DNA of 64,000 bases from Camelus ferus. Taxonomy: Eukaryota. Below are positions 39,961 through 54,110 of this stretch, one piece after another. The stretch covers positions 38,194,001 to 38,258,000 of the forward strand of contig NC_045696.1 in assembly GCF_009834535.1 (NCBI RefSeq), in the 5' to 3' direction. Numbering within the stretch: position 1 is the stretch's first letter; each line of letters opens with the position of its first letter. The notes under the pieces were generated by a model. That model was not told where the DNA came from, did not search any database, and was given only the letters and a program-made list of their open reading frames with translations. The position numbers and the translations under genes are program-made.

Positions 39961-41758
39961 AATCATTGCTAGTCCAAAAACTTTTTGAAAAAATCCAAAT
40001 TTGATTTGGTTATAATAGTGATTTAAAAATTGTCTTATTATTGTTTTACTATAAACTGAAGGGTGTGAATATGTAGTGTACAGTACACATGGGGAAAAAG
40101 TAAATATTAGTCTAAAATACTTTAAAAGGTTCTGCTTATTGTAGCTACTAGAACACTGACTATGGTTATTTTTTACTATTATCTCAATTCTCAAATTAAT
40201 CTCTCAGAATATACATTTCTTTTATTTTTTAAGAATCATAAAGATAACACAATTATTAATTGAGACTAAAATCAATTTATGGAATAAAAGCAATGTAATA
40301 AATACTTTTTCACTGTGTTCTCATTATACATGAGCCATCATTGAGAATTGAGTCATGTTTTTAGGTTGATTCAACTGTACAAAAGGGAGAATTTTTGTTG
40401 AATGTAGGTGATACTAGAGCAAATACCATCTTCAACAGGAATCTAAGTAAAGAAAAGCTTAGTGAGTAAATGCATACCTGCAAGTTGTGTTTTGTTTTTA
40501 AATTGACATAATACTTAGCTTAGTTTCATCATTATTTATGGTGTCATGGTAGGACTATTTCATTATAATGTGTGTCATTTTCAAGTTGGCCTGAAGCAAC
40601 TGGAGTATTAATCTTCTAGAAAAACCAGAACTTCAATTTCTTATCAACACGAGTTCAATTCTGTATCAGGAGGATGCTCATTGAAATTTAATCTTCTGGA
40701 CAAAATAAATTCAGAGTTCTCTCCTTAAGTCACTCAGTTTCACAAGTTTGGGTCAGATTCCCAAATATTCTCAGCTACCCTATATTTAAGGGATTTATAT
40801 GGTATAGTATAATACTTAGATTTTGAAGTAATTTGTTTATCTCAGAATATACTTTCTAATGCAAAATGGTTTGCTGTCCATCATCCCATTCCCTTCTGTT
40901 CTATATTTACTTGAGTGCCTCACACAGCTCTTGGATTTACTAAGTACTCAATAGATGGTTGACAGAGGTGAGGAGGAGGCAAATGACTGTATCTGTCAGT
41001 GTTTCTGACATCAGTAGCTTCCTTATCTGGGATTGGGGCTTTAGCAGAACTATTTAATAGTTGCATTGTGGAATTCCTTTGAGTTAAAATTATTTTAATG
41101 TCACCCATTTCTCTGTAAGCAGAATGACCAGGGTATCATTGCCCTTCTAATAGGGGGTATGTGGGATAATTGCCACTGACCCATTGTCAGAGTAACTTAC
41201 ATGTTGCTGGTTACTGTCAGTTTGGGTCCCCTTTCCCCAGTAACAGTATGAAATCTTGATTATTTCAGGGCTTCCATGCTTCCTTATATTCACAATTTGC
41301 TTCTCTAAGGCACAAAGGCACGTGATTAAAATTTATAACTATGTCCTCGAGCAATAGTAGGCATGAGGATTTGTTAATACTCTGTTTTATTTTCTGACAT
41401 TTCAGTATATCTAGTGTCTAATAAAAATAATTCGCTAAAAGTTTAAATTTATATGAAAACCCAACCATGTAGGGACTCTATAAAAGTACCATTCTGGCCA
41501 CTTCAAGATTAAAGTGTCAGATCGGTAGGGTCCCTACATTTAACTTCAAAGCTGTTGTAGATGCTTCTGTAGCTCTTTTTAAATGCTTTTTAATACCATC
41601 TGATGTTCCTTTCCCTAGCCATTCTCCAACATCAGTGGCCATAATACATTGATTCTTTTCTTTGTCCAGAGCACCAGCTGATTTATTTTATTTTGGGTAG
41701 ATGGTTCTTTCTGTTCATAGGTATGTTTTTTTCCTTATATTTGAGTGTATTCTTTCAG

Positions 41759-41761
<3 letters not shown>

Positions 41762-41809
<48 letters not shown>
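41762..41809. repeat. Perfect (AT)n microsatellite, about 24 units
   Basis: Read directly. Confidence 0.97.
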
Positions 41810-41812
<3 letters not shown>

Positions 41813-41858
41813 CTAATCTGAAAACGCCTAAAACTACTTCAGATATACTTTATCATGT

Positions 41859-41879
41859 ACACACACACACACACACACA
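41859..41879. repeat. (AC)n microsatellite
   Basis: Read directly. Confidence 0.95.
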
Positions 41880-43435
41880 GAATCTCTCCTACTAGGGTTT
41901 CCATTGAAATTTTTGCTTAAGTAGTGATTTCACTTCAGTAGTTTTTATTTTTTTAATTTTCTTTTCCATATGATCAGGATTGCAGGATTTTTACTATGAC
42001 TTTTCCACTGCTTTGACTCTGCTCTAGTAATTTCTTTTGATACAATCTGATAGAAAAGCAGAAAGTTCCTTTATTATTTATTGCTTTTGGAACACTGGAT
42101 TTATAATCACAGACTTTACTCCTTCCCCAGTGTACTTGTCTCAGTAGTTTGCAGCTACTGAAAGGATACTATAATTTTTGTTTGTGTGTTCTAACTTATC
42201 CATTTTTATCGAATTTTGAGCCTTTACTAACTGAAGTTATATATATTCTAAATTCCTCATCTGTGTATTTTCATTTTCTTCTTCTATTCCTTTATTCATT
42301 TTTAAAAAAATAATCTTGAGGAAGAGTGTGGGGATTAAAATACACAGTTTTGGTCTTCAAGGAATTTAATCTAAGGAAGAACAGTTATACAAAGAAATAT
42401 ACACTTTGTGGTAAAATAAAGTAAGATAATTACTGTTAGTGAAGTATGTGCAAATTTCAATAGGGCATAAGAATAAGAGCATTTCCATCTTATGGGGGTA
42501 AATTATGGAAGAAATCAAATTCAGGTTAAGCTTTAAGTGATGACTAGGAGTCTTCTTGTTGGGACCAAAAGAGCAAGAATATTCCAAGCAGAAAGGAATA
42601 GCATGAAATGTGGAGAGGTGAAAGGGCAAGGTAAGTTTCAGGATTACCAGTGCATCATAGTAATGTTGGGTGGGGATGAAGTGCTACAGAGGAACAGGAA
42701 GAAGTAGGACTGGTAGATGGGATCAAGCCAAGAAGGATCTTGCATGCAGTGTAAAGGAATTCAAAGTAAACTTTGTAAGGCAACAGTTGTCATTCCATGT
42801 TGTCTTGAAAAATTTGCCATAGAATGTTAGTACATATTCATTGGGAACGAGGTTTTTAGTGCCCATCTCTAACTTTAGTGAGGAGAATACTGGGTTAAAA
42901 CTAGTTAAGCAGTTATCTTATGTCTTCTCTGATCATTGTTATGTAATTATATCATGAATCTAAAGGGAATATAGAGAATAGCTCAACTCTGTCTAATCAT
43001 GTCTTCCTTACTACAGGTTTTATGTGAACCAGAAATCCAAATTAGATTCATAGCACTTATGAAATGCACAGTTATATATTTATTTTATAGTTTATTTTCT
43101 CTTTATCACATTATATTATAATCACCCTGAAGACAGAGTTTATGTTTATTTTGATTCACTTTTATACTCAGAACCTGGTCGGATGGTCAGTGTGAAGAAA
43201 TAAGTGCACATTTAAAGCAATTATTTTGGGAGAATTTTTTTTAAAGTGATAAGGGAACCACTGAGGAATTTTGAATAGAGAATGGAGAAATCAGATTTGA
43301 ATTTTAGGTAGATCACTGATGCTACATTGTGGAAGTTAAATGAAAGGAACAAGACCAAAGGATACTGTCCAGTTGAAAAAGAAAGTAAGTAAGGAATAGA
43401 AAAACTGATAGATTTGAAGATGGTCTAGAAAGCTC

Positions 43436-43945
43436 AGTATTAGTTCTCTATTGCCGTTGTAACAAATTACCTTAGATTTAGCAGCTTAAACAACACAAAT
43501 TTATCCTTACAGTTTTGTAGGTTAGGAATCTGATATGATCTCCCTAGGCTAAAATCAAAGTGTCAGTGGGACTGTGTTCCTGTATGGAGGCTCTAGAGGA
43601 GAATCTGTTTCCTCACGCTTTCCAGCTTCTGGAGGCTGTTCACATTGTTTGGCTCATGGCTGCCTTCCTCCGTCTTTAAGCCAGCAGTGTTACATCTCCC
43701 TGGTCCTTTCTTCTGTAGTCACATATTTCTTTGACTCTCTTCTGCTCTTAGGTACCCTTGTTACTCCAGTGGGCCCACCAGATAATCTAGAATAGGATAG
43801 TCCCTTACTTTAATGTCAGATGATCAGCAACCTTAATTCTATCTGCAAACTCAATTTCCTTTTGCCATGTAACAAAGCATACACCCACAGGTTCCTGGGA
43901 TTAGAGCATGGACAACTTCGGGGGACTCTTATTCTGCTTGTAACA
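43436..43945 (-). mobile_element. MLT1 (MaLR) solo LTR, MLT1C/D-like, nested in L2
   Basis: gtattagttctctattgccgttgtaacaaattac...ggctaaaatcaaagtgtcag...ggaggctctagaggagaatc...ttttgccatgtaacaaagcata...gggattagagcatgga. Confidence 0.88.
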
Positions 43946-44156
43946 TCCAATTTGCAAACGATAGCTGGGGAGTTGGGACAGGTAAATCAAGAATTAGATA
44001 TGGGTTCTCAATTTTCTTCACTTGTGCAGATCCTGGGTATCTGAAATAGTAGCTGAAATAGGGAAATCAGGAGGTGGTACCTGTTCATGTGAAAATAATG
44101 AGCTCAGGTGCAGACATGTTAAGTTTGAGGAGTGTTTGAGGAGGTAATTGAGAAGA

Positions 44157-44532
44157 TGTGAATACTAGTTGACCTGTGATTTGTACTCAGACAATGGGAG
44201 GCTCCTTACCCCCTCCCTGTCCTTGGAATGTACAGTTCTGCCCACCATTTCTGCAGTGGGAGCAGATCGAGGGACAGAGTCTTGAGAGAGTAAGGTATTG
44301 TAGAGACCATCTGGACGGTATGCAGGACTGAACCCAGTTGAGAACTCTGTATAAAAATTTAAGATTCTGTCCAGTGGGTGTGGAGATTTTTCATCTTACA
44401 GCTGCCCAAGACAAACCTTGTATTTTAGTTCCTTTATGTATTAAGTGCTACCACCCACCAGTCTGTAATGGTCTGACTCTTCCTTGGTCTCTCCTCACCC
44501 CCTGTGTATAGGCGCCAGTTTGCAAACCAACA
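44157..44532 (+). mobile_element. Solo LTR, ERVL-type (MER54/MER74-like; name tentative)
   Basis: TG...CA ends, TATA-like gtataaaa at ~44349, and homology over its length to the reverse complement of 59070-59465. Confidence 0.75.
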
Positions 44533-47500
44533 AGGGGCCTCTTAATTGTGTCTAAAGCATAAGAGAGAGAGTTATGCTGGAGATACTGTTTTGGAGATTG
44601 ACACCACTGAAATAATAGTTGAAATCCCCAAATGGATAAGTTTTCTCTGAAAAGTGCAAAGACAGGGAAAACAAGAGAACAGATTCCTGAATAATGTACA
44701 ACTATGCATTACTCAGAATATGGAGGGTTTTGATTATATAATGAAATAAAGTCATAGAGAAAGGAGAAGACTATTAATATTAAGATAAATTGCTCAGAAA
44801 CTATTTGCATTAAGAAATCAACTGGCTTTTAGTCTTTTAAACTCTTCATTCTTTGTCAATAAAAATAAGGACCACAGTGTGTTTCCCTTTGTAAAGAGCA
44901 ATCTAAGACCGAAACAATCTGGCAGCTAATAGCAGATACCATGCCTGAAAGTTTAGATTCTTCCCCACATCATTAGGAAATATTATTCTCTGTCCTTATT
45001 TGAAACCGGATACAATCAACTCAGTAATTGGAATTTATTTTACTCACATGTAAAAATCTTTTTTGGAAGAAATACAAACTACTTTGCAATTAAAGAGAGT
45101 CTGTAGATAGAACCAATTTTCTTTACAAAAAATAAAAATTAAGCCTTCTAAAATTTAGCCAATATCAGAAAGGCTATAATAGTGGAAACTATAATATGCC
45201 TTGTAAATAGTGTTTGAAATGCCAGAGTTGTAGTTGGCAGTACATATGTTTGAAAAACAATTTAAATAGAAACTTTCAATGTTTTTTTCAGCACTATTTA
45301 ATGTTAAGAGCTTTAAAATGGGTAGATAAAACTCTTAATTCTATAAATAGAAATAAACCTAGAGGATTAAGAAAAAATAAAACAGGGTTACTACTTTCCA
45401 GTCATTTAGTACTTTCCAAGAAATCTTTGATAGGTAATTTTGTCTCTTGGTGTGTTTACCTGCAAGAAAGGAGACTCCCTGGGGAGACAAATCATCAGTT
45501 AATAAATCATCCTTCTCATTTTAAAGTTAGTCTCCTATATGCCTGATTAGCAAGGTGTAGTCTCCTGAAATACGATCACTCCTTGTTGGAGGAATAAAAA
45601 TTGAGCTTCTTAACCATGAAAGCTGAGGATGGAATTTGGGTCCTGACAACTTCACCAAAAGAATTTCTCAACATTTTACGTTTCTGATCGTAATTCATGT
45701 CTTGGGTAATCAATAAATTAAAACTGATCAAGATCCTATGAAAGCCTGCATCTGCTTTCTTATGCTTAATTATACCTGAGAAGCCCATGTTGGATAAAAT
45801 ATTCTCCATTTGCCTAAATGTTAAAATGCCACTATCATTTCTATTGTATTTACTTTATTGCACAAGATCCTATGGATAAACCCTATGACAATAGCACTTA
45901 ATGATCTGCATTCCCTACAGGGTAATGGTGATAATTCCTGTTTTTTTTTTTTTAATGCTATTTTCTTTTATTTTTTCTGCCAACAATAAAGCTTCCATCT
46001 GTCGTTCTTTTCTGTATACTGAAGCCATGCTGCTCTTGGCATGGGTCACCTTTGTAAATGTTTCATTTATGAAACATTCCTTCTCCTGACTCCTCAGCAG
46101 TACAGAAATATGCCACAAAAGATCAGCTGTCTTGCAGTTCATGTGCCGCTAAATCTGGCATCACATTCACTCTGTCATTTCCTCAATAGTTTCCAGTAAG
46201 AAGTTGTCCTACATAATTTTCGTGACTTTATTTATCAAATAATTATGCTAAAAAGCTATTTAATGTCTAAATGATATGACATTCTCTCATTATAGACTAT
46301 TCTGTTCCACAGGCAATATTACTTAGCAAAATCCTCAGTACAATTCAATTTACCGATTCAGAAGATAATACACCTTCTTCAGGCAGTCAAGGATGTTGAA
46401 ATCGTGGTAAAAGAGTTAAAAAATTACATTTTTATTTAAATTATTATTTTACAGCATATCCCCAGAATGTATATTATTATGTGAACAGATTATCAAGTTT
46501 CATGACCTGACAACCATGTTTTATAAGCAGCTGACTGTGAAATATACATGTTCATAAGGAGTTTAGTTAGCTGATGTAGAGAAGAGTCTTCCACATTGGC
46601 AATTTAGCTTTACTTTTTTTTAGAGACTAAAGAAACTACAGTATGGATAGTATTTCTGTAGTCAGCTGCAGAGGAGGCGGTTGGGAAATCTAAGGAAAAA
46701 AAAATCACTATCTTAGATCTCTGTTGAAGACGCTTTAAGTGGATGAATTAATAAGAGAAATTCAAAGGGCAAAGGGGAGATAACCATGACCCATGAAACA
46801 ATAAGCAAAGTTTTGTTTTGTTATTATGTACTAAGCCATGCTGTCCTGGTAGAGTGGCTAACAAGATCAGAGTCTGTTGAGAGCTAGATAATATGGCTTA
46901 GAGAATTACCTGGTTTAAGGCAGAACAACTCCTAACAATTAGAAGAATAAGAATTTTGAGTTGGCTAAGTTTATATAAGCACACAATACTAGAGTCAAGT
47001 ACAGAACCCAGGAAGTAGATAGAAGATATTATCTAAACAGAGGGTAATATCTTTGGACATGGTAGGAACTGGAGTTTTAGGTTTTCTCTTTCAATATATT
47101 TCTATGAGGAATTACTTCTGTGGTGTGATTTTGGTCATGACATGAAAGACTCTCAAGTCACTATCACCTGAATGGTGCTGTAATCAAATTTAGCTTGAAT
47201 AAATAAATAAATAGTGTAGAAAGCATAAGGGGAAATGAGTATTCATAAGCACATTTGTGTGCTGCTTTAGTTAAGATGTTTTATTGGTATGATGATTGCT
47301 TTTAGTGGGGCAGCAGACACGAGGGGGATGATTTGGACACCACACTCTCAGAGACGGGGATAGACACACAGGGTTTGGACTGAGAGTGAGCAAGCCTGAA
47401 GGCACTCTGTGTTAAAAGGGTAGGGCCTTGGATAGAGCAGAGAAGAGTACACCAAAGGGTACAGAAAATGTTTGTCTCTCATAATCCATTCTGTGCTTAA

Positions 47501-50496
47501 CACAAATGCCTACTTTGATTTTATTTTTCCGAAGACCACTTTGTCTCTTAACCACATCTTAGAGCGATCATATGTGATAACCTTTGACCTTCTCCATTAC
47601 AGACAAAAGCACAATAGCCATTTAAATTTTGTGCAGTGCCTGCCTCCCCTCTAATCCTGCACTGCTTTTTCAATATGTGGTTAAGAATGTTTTTACCCAA
47701 GACATGAGTTTCTTGCTCATACTCCCTTCCATTCAGTTCATTCACTTGTTCATTCATTCATTTATTCATTTTATTCAACAAATATATACACATACATACA
47801 CAGACCCTGCCTTTGAGGAGCTCATATTGCATTGGCAGAACTAATTTGTAAATTAATACTGATGATTGTGTCTTTATCTGGTATAATTTCAGTGGACAAA
47901 AATGAGAATATTCTCCTTTCAAAGTTTTTTAATACATGTTTTTCAAAAATTTGACAATTACTATTTTTACCTGATAATTTTTTATTTCTGATGATTAAAA
48001 CTTAGATTAGAAAAATATCCTTATAACACTTCTTAATTTATCTCCCACTCTAACTAAAACCTATGTCTCTCCTTTAAAATTTAGCAGATATTTCTTGTCT
48101 TTGCTATTATTTTAGAGATGAGTATCCTTCAGGTAAAAAATTGTTTCCCTTCCTGTTGTCTACTGCTGACATATTTCTACAATCTATTCATTCCTTGGCA
48201 CTTTTCTATAGGAACTGAGATAAGTGGTCCAATTACCAACAGTTTTGATGGTGATATTGATGTGCTGTTGGATGTCTGCCCTTTTGGAATAGCAATTTAT
48301 TTCTACACATTCTACTAAATAGCTACAGCCTTTCCTCTTCTGCATCTTCTGAATAGGGCATTTTAATCTGTTTTGCTATTTACATGTTTAAATAAACTAT
48401 GTCGGTTGACACAAAAATCCTAACAATAGGAGTGAAAAAATAACACCAGATACTCCTTGAGGGTAGATATTACGTCTTATAAACTTTCTATACCCTGAAA
48501 TAGTTAATATAGAGACTTAAATATAACAGACTCAGTAAATGCTTGTTGAAATAATGTTGAAATGTCTTCATGTAAAATCAAGTAACATTTTTGTAACTCT
48601 GCATATCCTTAAGAAGGAAGTCGAAAAGTACTAAAAGTATTTCCATTACAACCATGTGAGTGTAATGGAGGGAAAAAACAACATTGCAGGAGAACTTCTT
48701 TTCTTCCGTTTTCAAGAAAAGAGACAGACTCTTCTTTACTCATATAATTTTTTCTTAGATTCCTAGTAAAAGTAATTTTTTCCTCCTCAATAGAAAGCCA
48801 CTATTTTTTGTTTTTAAAGTAAGGGTTTTGATACGGTTGTCTTCCATTATATAGAAATGGTTTTGCATTGGGATGCCCATTATATTGTAGATAATTCTTT
48901 CAAGTAATTAGTCATAATCTCTTTTACCAATGCTATAAAAAATGATTTAGACACATTTCAGACCTTGATTTTCATTAAAAAGGGCAAGTGTCCAAAGCCC
49001 ACGGAAGACAAATGAGAAATGTAAGACAAGAAAGAACTAGAAAGGCAAGAAGCATCCTTGATGCTGTTTAAGTGATGGGGAGGAGGTTCAGTGGTTTGGG
49101 CTAAGTGGAGTATATGTAATAAATGTTGTAAGTTTCTGTGAGAGATGAGAAAATCACAACATTTGATAAATACAAGACTAACAATCAAAGACTAAAGCGC
49201 AATAGTCTTTTCTACCTATTAAAACTGTGTAATTGAAGGAAATGGAAATAGTACTTGTCCTAAATGAAGCTACTTAGCTTCTTTATAGACTGAAGTGCTG
49301 AAGATGTCAAAATGGAAGAATTGTGTATTGTCATTAATTTAGAACGTGCCAAATTTACTTTCCTTTCCTTTTTTAACCATAAAGATAACTGAACACTTTG
49401 ATGGGAAAAGCACGACTTTGAAGTGACTTGTTGATAATCTTAATGGCCTTGTTTGGGAGCCCAGAGTGAGCCTATCATTTAGTGACCTTATGATGGATTA
49501 AATCCACACCTGGGTTCTCCTTGGGTATCTGTGGTAAGCCCTCCTGTCTAAAGGCAGGCTTTAGAAATGATCATGAGGCTGAAGCAAATAGAGCTGTGTC
49601 AAGCAGGATAACGGTATAGAGTTCTTTTGAGTCAAATAGGAAGGTGTGGAAATGAGGATGAACATTACTAGTTATATTTTTAATCAACTACTAACCATTC
49701 ATTATTTGGATAAGATTTTCGGTGGCAGTTCTTCCTGAATAGTATAGCTTTTCTTCTAAATAAGCAAGCTAGATTGAATTGTTTACCCATTTTCTCCAGG
49801 TAAGGTGATAATCAAGTAAAATAATTTCTGATTATTATAGCTTATTTTTCCATCAGAACAGAAAGAAAGAATGATCTGTTTTCTAGAAGGGACAGAAACA
49901 CACTTTTGAACATACTTTCTGAAAAAGATTTTTTTCTAGGAGAGTAGAAAGTGAATGTTATGAGTTCAATTGTTCTAGACTTGATTTTATTGTCTACTTT
50001 TGAGAAAACTGTTTAACGTCTCTATGTTCCTATTGCCTTATCTTTCAAATAGGAGTTCTAAACTCACATGGGGTAGAAAAAATAATAATAAAAATATCTA
50101 TATTAAAAACCAATAGGCAACAATGGAAATAAGAAAGCTATGACAAAACAAAATGCTATATGTATACTTAATGAATAAGTATCGATCTCAGTTTCCAGAT
50201 AAAAGTATTTTTGTTATTTTTAAGAAAGGGTGATTCTCTTTGGAAAATGTTGCCTTAAAAATAATGCCAATACACAGAGGGACATACCAGGGGTTAATGT
50301 AATAATCCTATGCTTACCTAAAGCAATCTCTTTTTGATTTTGTTAGGAATTAAATATTGATTCTGACTCTTTGTGAGGTTACAGACTCATAGTATCTGGA
50401 AGTTATAATTGTGCTTTTTTTTCAATCAAAAAAATGCAGTTATGTCAAAACATTAGTTACTGTGGTAACCTGGCATTGAAATAGACAGTTGCTGTA

Positions 50497-50520
50497 TAGG
50501 TAGGTAGGTAGGTAGGTAGG

Positions 50521-50567
<47 letters not shown>

Positions 50568-50581
50568 GTAGATAGTTAGAT
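50497..50581. repeat. Compound (TAGG)n(TAGA)n tetranucleotide repeat
   Basis: Read directly. Confidence 0.97.
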
Positions 50582-53500
50582 GTTTGTTTATGTATCTAGA
50601 TCTATAGCTTGAAGTATTCTGATTACATTTAATCTGACCATGATGTTGGAAGTTATTTTACCTGTTTGTTTAGATCTATGGGAGGTGGTAGGGTGTGTTA
50701 CAGTCAGTGGAACATGGAAGTAACTATTAAAAACCTCTACTAGGTTGTTACTAAGTGACTTAGTAACTTACTTTACCTTTCTGGATCTTATTTATAAAAT
50801 AAAAGTTCTAAATGGAATGATTCTAAGAAGAAATGGCTTTCCCTTCTTTGCATGAAAACTATTGGAGAAAATCCCAAGCCTGTATTTACTGCTGTCTGAA
50901 CTTTTAAAAATATTGGTAAATCTCTGGACTCAGTTCACATGCCATTAACTTGAATTTTTACAGAGAAATTATCCTAAAAGAATAGCTACTTTCTTAGTAG
51001 GTTGATTGATCTCTTCCTTGTTTAATTTTTCGAAGTGATATATAAATGAAATCTTACACCTTTTATTGTGCAGTTGGAATAAAGATGATCTATTATACAC
51101 TGTAAAACCTATATGCTAATTGTTTTAAAACTAATATATCTTAAATTTGCTAAAAGGGTTATAAGGATAAATTATTCAAGGGCAAAAAAGTAACATTGAG
51201 CTTTTTAATCTTTGTACTCATTACTCTGACTTTTAATTCAGTGCTATCAACCTTGTCTTTAATATCTAATATCTTCTTTTAGAACACAATAACATTTTCT
51301 TATAACTTCCAAAAGAATGAGTAAAGGAAGCACTAATAAATTAAGAGACATTTCCAGAGAAACATATAATATGCTGGAAATTTACTTCTAAAGTTAATAG
51401 GAAAATTATATATAGTTTAACATATTCTATGCATTATATTGGTTATTAAGTATTATAAAACTTTGTTTTGATACCACCTGCAATTTATTTTCTGGTTTAA
51501 CCAATTTCTTATTTATTATGACATGAATAAATATATTTTGATGTGTACTCCTTAGATAAATAAGAGATGTTAATCTTGCTGTGTTTAAAACCTCGCCGTT
51601 AAATTAAAAATCTAAAAAATGTTCACATTTTATTGAAGTTAATGTTGACATGTTTTTTTTTCCTCCACTCTGGTAGGGACTAGATAACTTTTACTTAAAG
51701 CCAGCAGGAGGAGCTCTCACCTTGCTGGGTTCAATGTAATTAGTGTGCCTGAAAAACCTGATTTTGTGGGGGTTTTGTATATGAAACAGATGATAAAATT
51801 TAAACACTTATCACATGTAATGGTATTAAAAATCTAAAAAATCCTCAGTTTTATTTTGATATCAGTGCATCATTCACTTGTCAAGAATGCAAAATTGAAA
51901 TTTTACTGTCCTTAAGAATTTTTTTCAAAGTATGCTTGTAGTTTAATGAGGAAAATAAAGCAATTATATAAATATTGTTTCTTGAAGCTACTAATAAACA
52001 AAAAAAACCCTTTTCCTAAGGGTCTACACTGTTGTTTAAGTATATACACATTTTCCTTTTTTATTTTGAAATGAGTGTATTTCATAGTTTATAAATTATA
52101 AATACTAACAACCAAGCAGCCCCAATATGTTTTAGAAAAATATTACATCAATTAATCAATTTATTAATTTGTCAACCTATGAAAAAGAAATCTGTGTCGC
52201 TAGGCATCTTTGTATTAGGCATCTTTGAACACTCTACTTCAATAAACCTCTTGATTTAAATAGCATGATTTGTAGGTAGTGCCAGTAAAGTTTCTGTTGA
52301 AACCACTGGTGAGAAAACTAGGATAAAAACTTACGAAGGTTTGGAATCAGCAAAAGAAATAGTGATTTTTCTCTGCTTCTACAAAAATAAAATGATAAAA
52401 CAATGAAGTTTTATATTTAAATTTAAAAAGTAATAAGAAAACACTTAAAAATTGGAAAGGTTTAAAAAAATTTTTTTAATGGACATTCTAGCATCAGTCT
52501 CCTTGGTGGGACTCACTTTGTGATCTTAAGGAAAATTATGTAACCTCTCTCAGCCTCAGTTTTCTCTGCTGTAAATTGAGCATTTTAAAAAAGAAACAAC
52601 TTATAGGACAACATGGAGATTCCTTGAAGAAGAAAATATATAGAATGTCCTTTCTACAGTGACTGTGAATTTGTGTCATTACTTTATCAACTTACTAGGG
52701 AAATAATGATATATTCCAAAAATGTAAATGTGCTAAATGAGTAACATTAAACTTTTCAGTACCCCAAAGTAGATATCGGGATTGCATACCTCTGAATTCT
52801 TTTCAATAGTATATACACAAAATAAAATAACATTTATTTGACAATAAGATAAACTTATGGTTTTGAATATTTATTACAATGATATCTTCAGCTTTTTTCT
52901 CTAATATGTGAGATTATTTTTGTTAAACTGAATGAACCCAAATGTCATCAGGTGTTTATTTTGTGTATTTGCATGTGTGTGTTTTTGTGTGTACATATAT
53001 ATGTTAAGTCTGTATATATATTCATATATAGGTATATAATCCATTTGTTCTTTCTGTTACGTTTAGGTTTGTTAGCATTGTGTGTTAATATGGAGTAAAT
53101 GAAACTATAAAGAAAGCCTTCTGAAAGGCTCTAGCCTTTTATGTGTCTTTATATCTTTATGTGACATTAGCAACATTGAGAGCCATTACCTAGATATGTT
53201 AATTCTTTAAGAGTAGAAAATGATGTAGCCTAATTCAGTCATTTTGTCTTCATTTATTAACTGAAATATTTCAGTAAGAGAAATATCCCATCATTAACTA
53301 TTTCTTTATTTACGAGTAGTTCTTAGAGAAAAAGCAAAATAAATGTTTTATTCTTTTCAGATTATTTACCAGTTTTTAAAATATGGTTTCCTACTGTACT
53401 GCAAGTTATCAGTGGATATATTTTATCATTATGAATGCGTAGACTTAAGCATATTTGAAGGGTTTCAATCCCTTAGAGTCATTAACCTTGTGTATGGTCA

Positions 53501-54110
53501 AATTATCCATTTTTGGCCATTTGGAAGCCTGTGCCAGTTGGCTCCTGAATCCTTTTGACATGACACTGGTAAACATTGATATCTTCCCTGATTTCTGGTA
53601 TTAAATTTATAAAACACCACCAATGAAATAATCTTACAAAAAATAAAAATAAGCGGAACCTAGATCTATCTGGTCAAGCCACTGAATATATCTACCAATT
53701 TAAAGAAAATACAGGGAATGGAGGAATACGTTCAGTGATATCTCATGGTAAGGAAAATCTAGAATGTGGGATAAAACAACTTTTATGGGACAAATATTTC
53801 TTATCAAATTTGATTTCATGTAGTGAAAAAGATGACTGGCTCTTCATTAGGAAACAAATTAAAATAACTATGAGATACTATTGCACACCTGTTACAATGT
53901 CTTAAAAAAAAAAAAGCTGGACAGTACCAAGTACTGGTGAGGATGTGGAGCAACTGGAAAGCCGTACATTCTGCTAAAGGAAATGTAAAACTTCATAGCC
54001 ATTTTGAAATACAGTTTGACTTTTTCTTAAAACATAAGCCTTCTTTGTATAACCCAGTAATCATTATTTACCATGCAGAAATGAAAACATAGGTTCATAT
54101 AAAAATTTAT

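Larger units (their letters stand above)
42310..44700 (-). mobile_element. Fragmented L2 (pieces ~42310-42780, 43250-43435, 43950-44156, 44540-44700) interrupted by MLT1 and an ERVL-type LTR
   Basis: gaatattccaagcagaaaggaatagcatg; gggaaccactgaggaattttgaatagag; agacatgttaagtttgagg; gctggagatactgttttggag. Confidence 0.6.
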
